The notes beneath the pieces were generated by a model. The model saw only the letters and a list, made by a program, of their open reading frames with translations. It had not been told where the DNA came from and searched no databases. The translations under genes and the position numbers were made by a program. DNA of 64,000 bases from sequence record MT713136.1. One strand, 5' to 3'. The stretch's first letter is position 1, and each line of letters begins with the position of its first letter. This document shows, in pieces, positions 27,694 through 38,174 of the stretch.

Positions 27694-28209
27694 TTAGCTT
27701 TCATCACCTGTCATCATAGCAACCTTTTCAATCACACTTGCAGCCTTCTCAATGTTCAGACCGGAGATGATACAGTTGTTTTCTCGGCCTGCTTCGTATT
27801 TTACCTTCATCCCAGTATAACGAGCTACTTGATCACCTGTCATGTCTGGGTGATGGAAGCGAACGATAACGTCAGAATCCAGACTCTTACCAAGGACAAT
27901 ATAGAAGTGGATTTCGTTGAGGATGACATTCGGCATGGTTTTGTTTTTCCATACCTTCGCATTAGAAAGAGAGTTTTGAAGAATGTCGATGGCCGCAGGA
28001 ACAAGGTCATTTAGTTCCGCTTCTCGCTGTTCTTTTTTGGCCTGACGTTCGAATTTTTTCAGACGATTTTCAACATCGATTTTCAGATCAAACAAGTTAC
28101 CAAGAATCGTACCGGAAGGCTTATGAAGAAAATCACCAGAGAGTTTCATGGTAACTTCTTTTTCGTTCCAACCGTAGGCTTTGCAAAAATCAGCAGTGGT
28201 AAAGCTCAT
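27694..28209 (-). CDS. Hypothetical early protein
   Basis: Directly downstream of an early promoter. Confidence 0.65.
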   Translation of the reverse strand: MSFTTADFCKAYGWNEKEVTMKLSGDFLHKPSGTILGNLFDLKIDVENRLKKFERQAKKEQREAELNDLVPAAIDILQNSLSNAKVWKNKTMPNVILNEIHFYIVLGKSLDSDVIVRFHHPDMTGDQVARYTGMKVKYEAGRENNCIISGLNIEKAASVIEKVAMMTGDES

Positions 28210-28233
28210 ATTATTTCTCTCTTTTGTTTTGAT

Positions 28234-28268
28234 AGGGGTATAATCTCATACCCCGAAATTGAAGTCAA
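28234..28268 (-). promoter_or_regulatory. Early promoter with palindrome over the -10 / start site
   Basis: TTGACT-17-GATTAT; GGGGTAT-gagatt-ATACCCC, identical at 32534-32553. Confidence 0.75.
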
Positions 28269-28389
28269 TTGTTCTTTTGAATTTCGAAAAAGTAAAATCA
28301 AATCGTAAATTTTGGAATCATACCATTATCGATGTATCCGGTGCAAAAACACGGTGGGGTAAAGATATTCAAAGGTCTATTAAGGGGAA

Positions 28390-28869
28390 ATGATGGCTCG
28401 TGAGATTGAAAGGAAATGGGTGGTTGATAGACCTATGATCCCATGGTATGCGATTGATATGTTCGAGGAAGAACTTGAACATCAAGAGCAATGGTATATT
28501 GACGGTGTTCGTTATCGTCATTGTGAGGACTACTATGGTAGTCATTGGTATATAAAAACTATCAAAACCGGTTTCGGGCTAGATCGCGAAGAAATAGAAA
28601 CTGATATGGGACATGATGAGTTTTGGGAAATCATCAATGGTCAAAATAGTAAACCAGTTCGGAAGACCAGATATAAGATCCCATGTGAAGATGTAACGAT
28701 TGAGGTTGACCTGATGGAAGATTTTCCATGCGTGTATGCGGAAATAGAGTTTAATAGTGTGGAAGAAGCATTGGCTTTTGATAAAATTCCATACTGGTTT
28801 AAGGAAGAGGTTACTAATGATACGAACCATTCCATGTATGCATATTTTATGAGGTATAACGATGAGTAG
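28390..28869 (+). CDS. CYTH-domain (triphosphate tunnel metalloenzyme) protein
   Basis: EIERKW (ExExK), EEIE, VRKTRY, IEVD, AEIEF, W...EVT.D. Confidence 0.88.
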   Translation: MMAREIERKWVVDRPMIPWYAIDMFEEELEHQEQWYIDGVRYRHCEDYYGSHWYIKTIKTGFGLDREEIETDMGHDEFWEIINGQNSKPVRKTRYKIPCEDVTIEVDLMEDFPCVYAEIEFNSVEEALAFDKIPYWFKEEVTNDTNHSMYAYFMRYNDE

Positions 28870-29074
28870 TATGGAATTTGTGAAGTGTAAGATAATCACA
28901 ACTGGGTTGGGTGTAGAGTCGTTTCTTGAAGCCAACGTTCCCAATTGGAGGGATGAAAGCTTTGATCCACGGGATGCATTTTATGAGTTGGTAACAGAAA
29001 AAGAAGTCACTTTGATTGGTCGAACCATAGGCGATGTCCGTGGTTTGATTTTAGGTTCTTTTAATGCTGGTTGA
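28862..29074 (+). CDS. Hypothetical phage protein
   Basis: Overlaps the CYTH stop; precedes the tRNAs. Confidence 0.55.
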   Translation: MSSMEFVKCKIITTGLGVESFLEANVPNWRDESFDPRDAFYELVTEKEVTLIGRTIGDVRGLILGSFNAG

Positions 29075-29107
29075 AAGTCCAGTACGTCGTACCCTTGGTA
29101 CGACATC

Positions 29108-29183
<76 letters not shown>

Positions 29184-29189
29184 TATTCA

Positions 29190-29265
29190 GGTTCCTTAGT
29201 TCAGTAGGTAGAACGGTGCACTGTTAATGCATATGTCGCTGGTTCAAGTCCAGCAGGAACCGCCA
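29190..29265 (+). tRNA. tRNA-Asn(GUU)
   Basis: Anticodon loop CTGTTAA; TTCAA T-loop; encoded CCA. Confidence 0.95.
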
Positions 29266-29269
29266 ATTT

Positions 29270-29346
29270 AGGGATGTAGCTCAGATGGTTAGAGTGCCGG
29301 CCTGTCACGCCGGAGGTCGCGGGTTCGAGTCCCGTCATCCCTGCCA
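29270..29346 (+). tRNA. tRNA-Asp(GUC)
   Basis: Anticodon loop CTGTCAC; encoded CCA. Confidence 0.95.
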
Positions 29347-29372
29347 TATTTTCACCCCAGATTAATCTGGTT

Positions 29373-29513
29373 TACACACGGGTGTCAACAGACATAACCA
29401 ATATGGACCTAAGTACTTGATAGCCACAGATGGCGTCCGAATGGATAAAGTATATGGTGACGGTGAACCGTGGAACGTTCGGAACGGAAACTAGGAAGAA
29501 CGGCGAGTGTGTA
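29373..29513 (+). ncRNA. Candidate ~140-nt structured RNA within the tRNA cluster
   Basis: Closing helix TACACAC/GTGTGTA with several internal hairpins; no good + strand ORF. Confidence 0.5.
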
Positions 29514-29533
29514 GTAATGTGAATTCGTATTAC

Positions 29534-29609
29534 AGGTGAGTAGCTCAGTTGGTAGAGCGCTGGTCTCCAAAACCAGATGTCCAAGGTTCGAATCCTTGCT
29601 TGCCTGCCA
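29534..29609 (+). tRNA. tRNA-Trp(CCA)
   Basis: Anticodon loop CTCCAAA; encoded CCA. Confidence 0.95.
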
Positions 29610-29632
29610 TTTTAAGTCTGTAGAGAAACGCC

Positions 29633-29710
29633 ATGAAAGCTAAAGTTTATGGAAAGGATAATTGCCCTTACTGTGTAAAGGCAAAAGAGCTTCTCGAAGA
29701 TAAAGGTCTC
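29633..29710 (+). CDS. Glutaredoxin, N-terminal fragment
   Basis: MKAKVYGKDNCPYCVKAKELLEDKG (CPYC); broken at a junction. Confidence 0.85.
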
Positions 29711-29935
29711 TGGATACCAAGTATCATCATGTTGTGACTTATAATAAGTACAACCAGAAATTCGTTTAATTACTCTTTCCCCCCGTTCATCTTTAATTTC
29801 CAATACACCTGCGGGTTGTTGTTCATAAACTGCTTTATCTTTACCAAACCAATGTTCGTATGGTAGATCAAACGTTATTTTTTTGGTTTTAAGATCTTCT
29901 AGATCCTTCATTTCCTCTGGATTACCAATCATCTG

Positions 29936-30274
29936 TTATCCCTCAAAAACATACCTATAGAATGAACCTCTGGGGATATCTAACACATTAGTAAATTTTA
30001 TAACCGAGTTTCCGATGATATATTTGTCACCAGAAACATCATATCCTAATTTAGAAAATATATAGGTGTATAATTCTCTAACCAGTGGATAATTAACAAC
30101 TTGAACTCTAACACCATTTCTGTGTGTTAGAATATCCCACGATGTACTAATTAGATAGTCATTAAATTCCGTTCTATCTAGGTCAATATAAGCCCTTAGA
30201 TGTTCTTCTGTTTTTATATGGTCTCGCCAATTAATTTGCATTTTTAACCTCTTCTGATTCACCATCAATAACAA
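29936..30274 (-). CDS. Hypothetical T4-like phage protein
   Basis: AT-rich ORF; start uncertain. Confidence 0.45.
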   Translation of the reverse strand: MLLMVNQKRLKMQINWRDHIKTEEHLRAYIDLDRTEFNDYLISTSWDILTHRNGVRVQVVNYPLVRELYTYIFSKLGYDVSGDKYIIGNSVIKFTNVLDIPRGSFYRYVFEG

Positions 30275-30409
30275 GAGATTGAGCCTGTGTTTGGGTTCCT
30301 TCTCTTAGCATTAGTTCAGCAGGGGTTCCCATAAAAACAGTAGCGTTTTCAATATTCATACTCGGGCTAGGAGTTTCTGGTTTATTTCCACCAGTTTTTG
30401 TTTTCTCGG

Positions 30410-31045
30410 CTAACCGTTCAACAGCTCGTGTTGGCAGGTGAGTGAGTAACCAAGCAGGGCTTGATACATCCCGATGATGGTGGAGTTAGGATCACCAGTA
30501 TGGTTGTTATCCATGTCCTCAACGGAAACCTTACGAGAGGTAATAACGTTACGTGTTGCAGAGTGTACAGCGCGACGAGACATGCGACGTTGCATGTAAC
30601 CACGCTTACCTTCCTGAAGGTCGAACAGATACTGATCGATATTGTTAAGAGACTCTTGGAGTCCCCAACGGATGTTATCGTAGACAGGATCTGTTTCATC
30701 AGGGTTCTTGATGTTCAATGACTTGCTACGGAACAAGAGTTTACGATAAAGATCGTTGATCTCGTTCTCAGTAACTTGCCCGTTGATAGGAGAGATCTCT
30801 ACATCACGGAGACCGGCTGGAATAACAGGAATGCGACTATGAAGTGCAATGTCGCGATGTCGTTCCAGCATTTGGATTTTCTGTGTCCGCTTGAAAGAGG
30901 TGTTACTAGCCGGACTTAACTCACCATAGTGAGACATAAAGAAGGCATAACCAGTATCACCTTCAAGGACGTTGGATTTTATGAAATCCTTTTCCTCGGG
31001 ATCCCACTTGGCATATACCTTGCCTTTGAAGATCTCACCGTACAA
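30410..31045 (-). CDS. Jumbo-phage multisubunit RNAP beta-prime N-terminal fragment
   Basis: IPVIPAGLRD, NEINDLYRKLL, GKRGYMQRR, TRNVITS. Confidence 0.82.
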   Translation of the reverse strand: MYGEIFKGKVYAKWDPEEKDFIKSNVLEGDTGYAFFMSHYGELSPASNTSFKRTQKIQMLERHRDIALHSRIPVIPAGLRDVEISPINGQVTENEINDLYRKLLFRSKSLNIKNPDETDPVYDNIRWGLQESLNNIDQYLFDLQEGKRGYMQRRMSRRAVHSATRNVITSRKVSVEDMDNNHTGDPNSTIIGMYQALLGYSLTCQHELLNG

Positions 31046-31114
31046 AGCCTTGAGTTGAATCAGTGCTTTAAAGAAGGTGGGGTTGAAAATGGGGAAAGCA
31101 ACCCCTTTATAACA

Positions 31115-31339
31115 TTATTCTTTTACAACTTCAACCTGATTTTGTTTCAGATGATTGATTTTATTCAGATAGAACTGAATGTCAGAAGATTCTTCTTTGT
31201 CTAGTTCGAGTGCTTCCGCAAGCATACTAAAGATTTTAGCATTTTGTTGACTAATTGCTACTGATTCTTCACTCATATCAAAAATACGGGCTTTCAGTAC
31301 GATGATGTCACTAGACAGTTTTTGAATTTGTTCTTGCAT
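31115..31339 (-). CDS. 57A: Tail fibre chaperone gp57A
   Basis: IIVLKARIFDMSE matches T4 gp57A; follows the gene 1 C-terminus as in T4. Confidence 0.8.
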   Translation of the reverse strand: MQEQIQKLSSDIIVLKARIFDMSEESVAISQQNAKIFSMLAEALELDKEESSDIQFYLNKINHLKQNQVEVVKE

Positions 31340-31352
31340 ATTATTTTTCCTA

Positions 31353-31707
31353 TTAAACAATTGATTTGATATTTTTCTTAAGAGCTTCTAATGTACCATC
31401 ATTAAAAACTATAATATCACTTGCCGATGGTTCTAAACCACGCTCGGTGATATGTGAATCGGTTGATACGATTCCAGTCTTACAAATAAAGATTACTTTA
31501 GCACCATTATCACGACAAAATTGCATTTCGTGAGCCTGCCGTACATCGGTTATAATGATGTCTTTCCCATCATCCGGGATACACTCTAACCAATAATCAC
31601 GTCTTACATTGACAACTAGATCCGTACCAAGAACTTGCATCAGTCTACGAATAGACCATTTATATTTATTTTCAATTTCTGCTGCTTTTTTCTTATTGCC
31701 AAAGAAC
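31353..31707 (-). CDS. 1: dNMP kinase gp1, C-terminal fragment
   Basis: WSIRRLMQVLGTD, DVRQ.HE, DSHITE.GL, NDGTLE.L. Confidence 0.9.
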
Positions 31708-31994
31708 AACCGCACAATCTCTGCCCTGAGCAACAGCCTTGATATGGGACGAAGCAAATAAAGCTTTTAAAGATAAAAGCTCAAATGAAAATTGGGAATT
31801 GTTAAATCTAGCATATAATGCAGTGGAAGAAATTCTCTATAATCGTTATCCAGATTGTTTTGGTTGGCGGGCTGTTGTATCTCCTTTTGACGAAGACCGT
31901 TTCTTGGTAAAAATTAAAGGGTAATTTCTAAAAAGGGCTTGTAATCGTTCAAGCCCTTTGATAAAATTGTATCAAAGTGAAATAAGGAAAAATT

Positions 31995-32201
31995 ATGTTT
32001 ATTTCCTCTATTGATGAAAATGAAAAGCTAGTAGTTCAATCCAAGTATGATTCGGGTGTCCATCTAGGTTTCACCGCAGGCGTCCAGAAAGATGGTGAAT
32101 ATGCTCTGACTACTCTAGACAAAGAGCTTACCGCCCAACAGATCTCGTATCTTGAGATGATGTTGATGATGGAAATCAAAAAGATGCTAGACCCACGCTA
32201 A
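31995..32201 (+). CDS. Hypothetical phage protein
   Basis: AAGGA RBS behind a promoter-like segment. Confidence 0.55.
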   Translation: MFISSIDENEKLVVQSKYDSGVHLGFTAGVQKDGEYALTTLDKELTAQQISYLEMMLMMEIKKMLDPR

Positions 32202-32519
32202 GGAAAAATTATGAAAGTCCAGTTTAAATCAGAAGAAGCTATGACTGAGTTTAAAACGTTAGATCGCAACAACGAAGAACTAGCAAATGCATATGGTATG
32301 TTTATTTATTCAAAAAAGATACAAACGAATTCATTGATTGTGAAATCGATTATGATGATCCGGAAAACCCACAAAAGGTTGTAGATTCTTTTATCAACAG
32401 TCCTTGTGACCTTCCACATCGATTCTCTCTTTTAGACCAGATCAGCCAGCTCCAAGAGGAAATGAAAGACCGGTTGTATCAAGATTTTCGTTTTAATCGC
32501 GAATGACGATAAAAAGTAG

Positions 32520-32553
32520 TTGACATGGTTTAGGGGGTATGAGATTATACCCC
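32520..32553 (+). promoter_or_regulatory. Early promoter with palindrome over the -10 / start site
   Basis: TTGACA-17-GATTAT; same palindrome as 28235-28254. Confidence 0.75.
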
Positions 32554-32576
32554 TGTACCAACAAAGGAGAGAAAAG

Positions 32577-32756
32577 ATGATTAACGCAGAATTCAAAAAA
32601 GCAGTTGCTGAGTTTTTCAACACTCATATCGAAGATCAGAAACTGACCTTCGGATCCTTTGATGCCAAAGTTTTGTGGTGTGGTAAACAGATCAATGATA
32701 AAACTCCTGTTGGTCGTGCGGCCATTATGTTTGCAATGTCTAAAGTAAAGGTGTAA
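32577..32756 (+). CDS. Small early protein
   Basis: AAGGAG RBS directly after the promoter. Confidence 0.6.
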   Translation: MINAEFKKAVAEFFNTHIEDQKLTFGSFDAKVLWCGKQINDKTPVGRAAIMFAMSKVKV

Positions 32757-32907
32757 TCATGAAATTTAAAGAAAATCAAGAGATTGTATGTGTTAATAAC
32801 CTTGAGATGGAAGGTGTTTTAGTTGTAGGTAAAACATATGTTGTTGACAAATACATAAGTCTTATGGCAGGTGACCTTGTTCAACTATCTGGGGTTCCCG
32901 TATTGTA

Positions 32908-33237
32908 GTGAATTCATTCTTTACCGCAGTTTACAAAAATACAAATATTATTGATGGACGGTTCGACGGTTATGTTAAAGATATGTTTGATAGTACAATC
33001 ACATCGATTGTAGAAGCTGGGGGATATCCAATCTTCTGTGAGTTGGATAAGTTCATCTACGTATCTCCAAACGTCGTTAAGTTCGAAAATAGCACCCATG
33101 ACGACAGGCTGAAAAATATTATGGTTATTGACGGTTATACTTACGTAGCTGATGTAGATCAAAAGAAGAGTAAACGAGTTCGTCCGGTGGATGTGGATAA
33201 TCCCAAACATCTTCGTTACTTTAACAATTTGAAATAG
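32908..33237 (+). CDS. Hypothetical protein fragment
   Basis: ORF probably begins at a junction. Confidence 0.4.
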   Translation: MNSFFTAVYKNTNIIDGRFDGYVKDMFDSTITSIVEAGGYPIFCELDKFIYVSPNVVKFENSTHDDRLKNIMVIDGYTYVADVDQKKSKRVRPVDVDNPKHLRYFNNLK

Positions 33238-33304
33238 TTGACTTCATAATCCAAAGCCTGTATCTTAGCTGATATAGGCTTTTGTTGTTTCTGAGGAATA
33301 GATT

Positions 33305-33478
33305 ATGTGTGGTCAGTACCCTGTAGATGATTTCATTGGACAAACTTTTCCTACTCCGAAAGGTGGGGTGTTGACTGTTGTTGGTGACAATGGGTTGAAG
33401 GGTAGTAAAAAGATGTACAAACTATCATGCTCAATATGCTCCCGCGATTTAGAATTGTTCCCCCATCTGTTTGAAAGC
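33305..33478 (+). CDS. Homing endonuclease N-terminal fragment
   Basis: [11 protein letters not shown]...Y...CSICS.D.ELFP motif seen in Vibrio/Aeromonas phage free-standing endonucleases. Confidence 0.6.
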
Positions 33479-34003
33479 GTTATCACTGTTCAAGTGTGTA
33501 TTGATCCACGGGATCGGGTTACTGTTGGAACCAGGGAAAGCTTCAGGGAGACCGATGGCCTTCATACGGATGTTGGTGATGTACTCGACGTACTGACAGA
33601 GAATGGTCTTGTTGAGACCGATCATGGAACCATCCTGGAAGAGATAGTCGGCCCACTCTTTCTCTTGGTCAGCAGCGTCCTTGAAGATTTTCTGAGATTC
33701 CTGGAAACACTCCATGGCGATCTCCATCATCTCCGGATCATCACGGCCATCAGCCATGAGGTTCAGCATATGCTGAGTACCGGTAAGGTGAAGAGCCTCG
33801 TCCCTAGCGATCATTGAGATGATCTTGGCATTACCTTCCATCAGTTCGCGTTCAGCGAATGCGAAGGAACAGGCGAAAGAAACATAGAACCGAATCGCTT
33901 CCAGGGCGTTGATGGACTGGAGACAGAGGTAGAGTTTCTTCTTGATGTCGCGTTTCTTGACGACCACCTGTTTACCATCGATGACGTGAGAACCTTCACC
34001 CAC
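33478..34003 (-). CDS. nrdB: Class Ia ribonucleotide reductase beta subunit, C-terminal fragment (allele A)
   Basis: [35 protein letters not shown]. Confidence 0.92.
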
Positions 34004-34131
34004 GGAATGAAGAATGTTGGTATTGCCGAGGGTAATATGGTTGCAATCGCACGTATGCCTGAAATAAAATTCCCGTTGATTGAGTTAATTTTCCCTTCCA
34101 ATTATAAAATTTTTGCTATCGAGGAATAAAG

Positions 34132-34395
34132 ATGAAAGTACGTTTTAAAAGTGACCAATGCTATGATGAATTTATGTCTACAATTAGTGATGAAATTGTG
34201 ACATCAGAAACCTCGTGGGCAAGCAAGGACGTACATGATATCTTTTCTAATATTGCACCAGACGAGGTATTTGAGGTAGAATTTACCGATAAAAATGAAA
34301 TCAAAGCGGTAAATGGGTTCCGACCTTTTGACGAAGGTTCCACATTCACAGTTATGTTCAAAGATGAAGTAGATAACTATCTAGATTTCGTTTAA
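34132..34395 (+). CDS. Hypothetical T4-like protein; a paralogue starts at 32211
   Basis: MKVRFKS...EF versus MKVQFKS...EF. Confidence 0.55.
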   Translation: MKVRFKSDQCYDEFMSTISDEIVTSETSWASKDVHDIFSNIAPDEVFEVEFTDKNEIKAVNGFRPFDEGSTFTVMFKDEVDNYLDFV

Positions 34396-34404
34396 TTAAG
34401 CCCC

Positions 34405-34563
34405 TAGGAAGCTCTACAATCAATTCTAAAAGTAATCCTATAACTTTGTATCGGTTTTGAATAGAATTGATTGTAGAGCTTCCTATGAGGTAGTATCACC
34501 TGAAATCAAAATATAAAATCTCTATAAGTATTTATATAGAAGATCTATAATTAGAGAGCGAGC
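34405..34563. repeat. Dispersed structured intergenic element, copy 3
   Basis: Perfect 24-bp IR at 34405-34428/34462-34485, then the AT core; truncated at a junction. Confidence 0.9.
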
Positions 34564-34574
34564 CTGGGTTCCGC

Positions 34575-35100
34575 AGCTCAACGAATACCACATGTCAGTT
34601 GAACAGAAGTATGCTGATCTGTTCCGTGTGTTCTTCAAATCCAAAATACCACCATCTGGTCTGTTCGATGTAACCAGTGCTATCCGTGACGTGGTACTCA
34701 CTTCCGATACTGACTCTTCCATCTATACAGTGGACGATATGATCGCGAACTACACCACCGAGCATGAAACCGTGGTACGACTGAATGGCGTGCTCACGTA
34801 TTTCATTCGGATGATCTCTGTGGACCAACACGCTCAGCTTTCAGCCAACATGAACGTGTCACAGAAGAACATCAACCTGCTCACCATGAAGAACGAATAC
34901 TTCTTCGGTGCTTATGTCACCACATCCATGTCTAAACACTATTACGCGACTCAGCGTATGGTTGAAGGTGTGACCAACCCTGAACCCGATATCGAGATCA
35001 AGGGTGTTCACCTGAAGTCTTCTAAGATCTCTCCGAAGATTAAAGAAGTAGCTGTGAAGATGATGGAAGAAGCATTGTTCGCTCTGGAAGAATCTTTGCT
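34575..35100 (+). CDS. phiKZ-like family B DNA polymerase catalytic fragment
   Basis: SDTDS (motif C), KNEYFF, SKHYYA, EIKGVHLKSS. Confidence 0.8.
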
Positions 35101-35149
35101 TGGTCGCTGTGCGTCCGATAACCTTTGAGGCCGTTTGATTGTCGATCAC

Positions 35150-35630
35150 CCAACTTGGTATCCATTACCTGGGAACCTTGGGGAAGAACAGTCAATGTAT
35201 ATCCAGCAGCAACCATCAGGTCGTTGAACATACCTTGAGCTGCTGTCAAGTACTGACCCATCGCGGGTTTGCCGTAGTACCACTGGTTCTTCGGTTGTTG
35301 AGTGAGGTATTCAAAGAAGTTCCAACTGGCAGCTACAATCTGAGCAGGGAAGAACGCAATAGCACCGGCTGCTTGACCTATATAGAACGCCCAACCAGGA
35401 GCACGACCTTTGTTAACCATAACGGCGGCGCTATAGTCAAACATGTTCATAAGGAATGGAAGGATACCGGTAAACTCAGGGACACAAGCAGTGAGTGTTA
35501 CCATTTCTGCATTGTCGTGATGGATACGTTTATAGAAACGACCCATGTTACCGTATCGGTTTTCCATGATGGGTTCTGGATATGGATCCGTGTTGAATCC
35601 ATATCCTGGTAGCGGGTTGAATTCAGGAGA
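35150..35630 (-). CDS. Jumbo-phage virion structural protein fragment
   Basis: GNMGRFY...DN...VPEF.G...F...F.Y.AA...N.GR pattern of phiKZ-like virion proteins. Confidence 0.5.
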
Positions 35631-36135
35631 ACCTTCACCACGTTGTTTACCTACATATGCTGTAAAGAAGCATTCATCGTTACTCATTTTAGCAACGTGG
35701 AATGTCAACTCTACGTCAACCTCGTTAGTAAGCTTGGTTGAACCTTCGGTCATTGACTTACCACCAACTTCCCGAGCGAAGTAAATTTCAGAGTCATCAT
35801 CAGACTCACGAATGAACTTCTTGGCGTCAGGGTTCAACTGGTGAGGTGTGAAGAACGCGGCACCACGAGAAGTGAAGAAGTTACGAGCACGGCGATACAA
35901 ATCCTGAAGTTTATCAGAACGGGATTCACCCTGGGTACCTTCCAAATCAGCCATGGCCAGATAGTCATACGCAGCAACGATGATTTCATGACCTTTCATC
36001 TCGAGGTCACGAGTACGTTGCATGATTTCGTAAATGTTGTCATGACTGGGGTTGACGCGATAGAACACAAAGTTCCAACCGTTCTCCTTGAAACCATCGA
36101 TGATAGCTTCTACCACTTCATCGGTAGTTGCCGAG
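35630..36135 (-). CDS. Jumbo-phage DnaB-like replicative helicase, C-terminal fragment
   Basis: YDYLAM, RNFF..RG..F.TPHQL, EVD.E, GKQRG. Confidence 0.8.
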
Positions 36136-36139
36136 AAGA

Positions 36140-36660
36140 AGTATCACATCTTCAACAGTTGGTATTTTCAACCCAAACTTGTTGATTACCATTTCGATAT
36201 CATTCAGATTACTCACTGTCAGACGAGCAATGATCGCCTGCATTGTGTTTTCTGGAGTGTTATAGAAACGGTTACCAGCTATGAACTGTTCGTTAATCAG
36301 GTTTGCTGTCGACGTTAAACAACGAGTGCTTGACGTCAATGAAGTGTGGCCGGTCTTATTGTTGATCGGTGTACCTTCGGAGGACATCGCGCCTGATTGG
36401 GCGTTGTTAAAGATTTTGAATGCGTTCTGAAGTTCGTTGTACTTCGTCCACATATCACCGCCTTTGGGCACCTCTTGCCGTTTGTCCTTATAGAACTTAC
36501 GGTTGTCAATGAACTGACGGGTACCGATTGAGTTAACACACTCTTCTTCATCAGAGTTTGTATAACCAATCATTGACGGGCTAAAGTGATAGTTGTTCGC
36601 TTGTACTTCTTTAAACACACTGAAGATGGAACGTATCTGGAGCTCTCGGTCACCATGTTT
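36140..36660 (-). CDS. phiKZ-like PolB motif B fragment
   Basis: QNAFKIFNNAQSG...TP..NK.GH.SLTS..R...STAN..NE.FI.GNR. Confidence 0.75.
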
Positions 36661-36755
36661 GTTCATTAATATTCATGTTCATTGTTTCAATGCAAGGGTA
36701 TGCGGACATAATGAAATCATGACCTAATGGGTCCTTAAGAGAAACACGTTTCATT

Positions 36756-37034
36756 TTACACCCTCACATATTCAATGATGACTTTTTCTACTGGTTTTAC
36801 TTCGAATACTTCAACCATATCAGGTTCACTTTCGAATGGACGTTCATCCTGCATTTCTGTAAGACCAACACTATAATTAACAGCCCAATAACGGTCGTCG
36901 CCAAGCATACGAAACACCATTGTATGGTACTCAGACCAGCGTCCGGAACCAGTCACTTCATTATCCAGAACTTCCCACCCTTCCGGACAATCATCCCAAC
37001 ACATCTCTCGTAAAATACTTTTTTCTACTTTCAT
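36756..37034 (-). CDS. Hypothetical T4-like phage protein
   Basis: GRWSEYH..VF...Y..GLTEMQDERPFE family; AT-rich. Confidence 0.6.
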   Translation of the reverse strand: MKVEKSILREMCWDDCPEGWEVLDNEVTGSGRWSEYHTMVFRMLGDDRYWAVNYSVGLTEMQDERPFESEPDMVEVFEVKPVEKVIIEYVRV

Positions 37035-37194
37035 TTCATAGCACCTTCAATAGTTTCGGAAAGACATCCACCACCGTTATACCACAAGGAAATACAATCA
37101 ATGGTTCCATCTGTATTGTACTCAACGTCAGTATAACCACATGGGTCTAGTTCTTTATAATCAATAACGCCGGTGGTCTCGATGGAACCACTGA

Positions 37195-37670
37195 TCTTGG
37201 CCAGGTGCTTGTTCACGGCAGTGATCAGACCTTCGTCGCCCAGGAGCTTGTCCATGTCGGCAACTTCAACCATGCCGATTACCGGGCACAGGCTGTGGTG
37301 CTGGTAGGCAGGCTGGGTGATGATCATGCGGTACTGACGGTCGGACTGTTGTACCTGACCTTCAACAACCAGCAGGTCCTTGGCGACACAGATACCGATA
37401 CCACCGAACAGGTCGATTTCGTTGTCGGTAGTCAGGGAGGTCGGAACCACCCACATACGACCGATTTCGGAGTCGACGTTGGTTTCTACGATGTTGAACT
37501 TGATGTTCGCACCGAAGGTACGGTAGTCACCTTGGGTCAGCAGGAACGGAGCCAGGGAGGAGTGAGCAACAACGGTGTAGCTCTCGTCACGGCCGTCCAG
37601 CTCTTTCAGGGCTGCGGTGTTGGAAGAAACGCGCATCGCGGTGATGACGTCCCACAGCTTGGATACCAGA
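37195..37670 (-). CDS. Jumbo-phage major capsid protein, C-terminal fragment
   Basis: DYRTFG...F..V...D..IG, QP.YQHH.LCPVIG; 39476-39904 and about 47070-47330 look like other parts of it. Confidence 0.65.
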
Positions 37671-37671
37671 C

Positions 37672-38150
37672 CGTATTTAACCCGACCCAGAATGATCAAC
37701 TGAAAGAACACATGTTCCTGGGTCAGTCCGTAAACGTATCCCGGTACGACCAGCAGAAGTTCTTCATCTTCGAAGCACTGATCGAGAAACAACTCTCTTT
37801 CTTCTGGCGTCCCGAAGAAGTCGACGTTAGTCGCGATGCTATCGACTTCAAAGCGCTGCCTCCCCACGAGCAGCACATCTTCATTTCCAACCTGAAGTAC
37901 CAAACCCTGCTGGACTCTATTCAAGGACGTGCTCCTTCAGTAGCACTGCTCCCTCTGGTTTCTATCCCTGAACTGGAAACCTGGATCGAGACCTGGTCTT
38001 TCTCCGAGACCATCCACAGCCGTTCTTACACCCACATCCTCCGGAACATCTTCACTGATCCCTCGGTGGTGTTTGACGACATCGTTCAGAACGAACACAT
38101 TCTGAAACGTGCCAAGGACATCTCCAAGTACTACGACGATCTGATAGACC
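37672..38150 (+). CDS. nrdB: nrdB N-terminal fragment (allele A)
   Basis: [45 protein letters not shown]. Confidence 0.92.
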
Positions 38151-38174
38151 TGACCTGTCGTGAGCACAGATCTG

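Noticed and set aside
29400-29465. Twister ribozyme or group I intron core in the tRNA-cluster gap
   Set aside because: Superficial UAA/AUAAA and P2-like pairing, but the conserved pseudoknot nucleotides and P7/R/S elements could not be placed; kept only as a generic ncRNA candidate.
35040-36116. DnaB-virion protein fusion, and similar long ORFs (44061-45323, 42170-43003, 49548-50495, 52707-53498, 58020-58895)
   Set aside because: Each concatenates unrelated fragments, some read antisense; they are patchwork artefacts.
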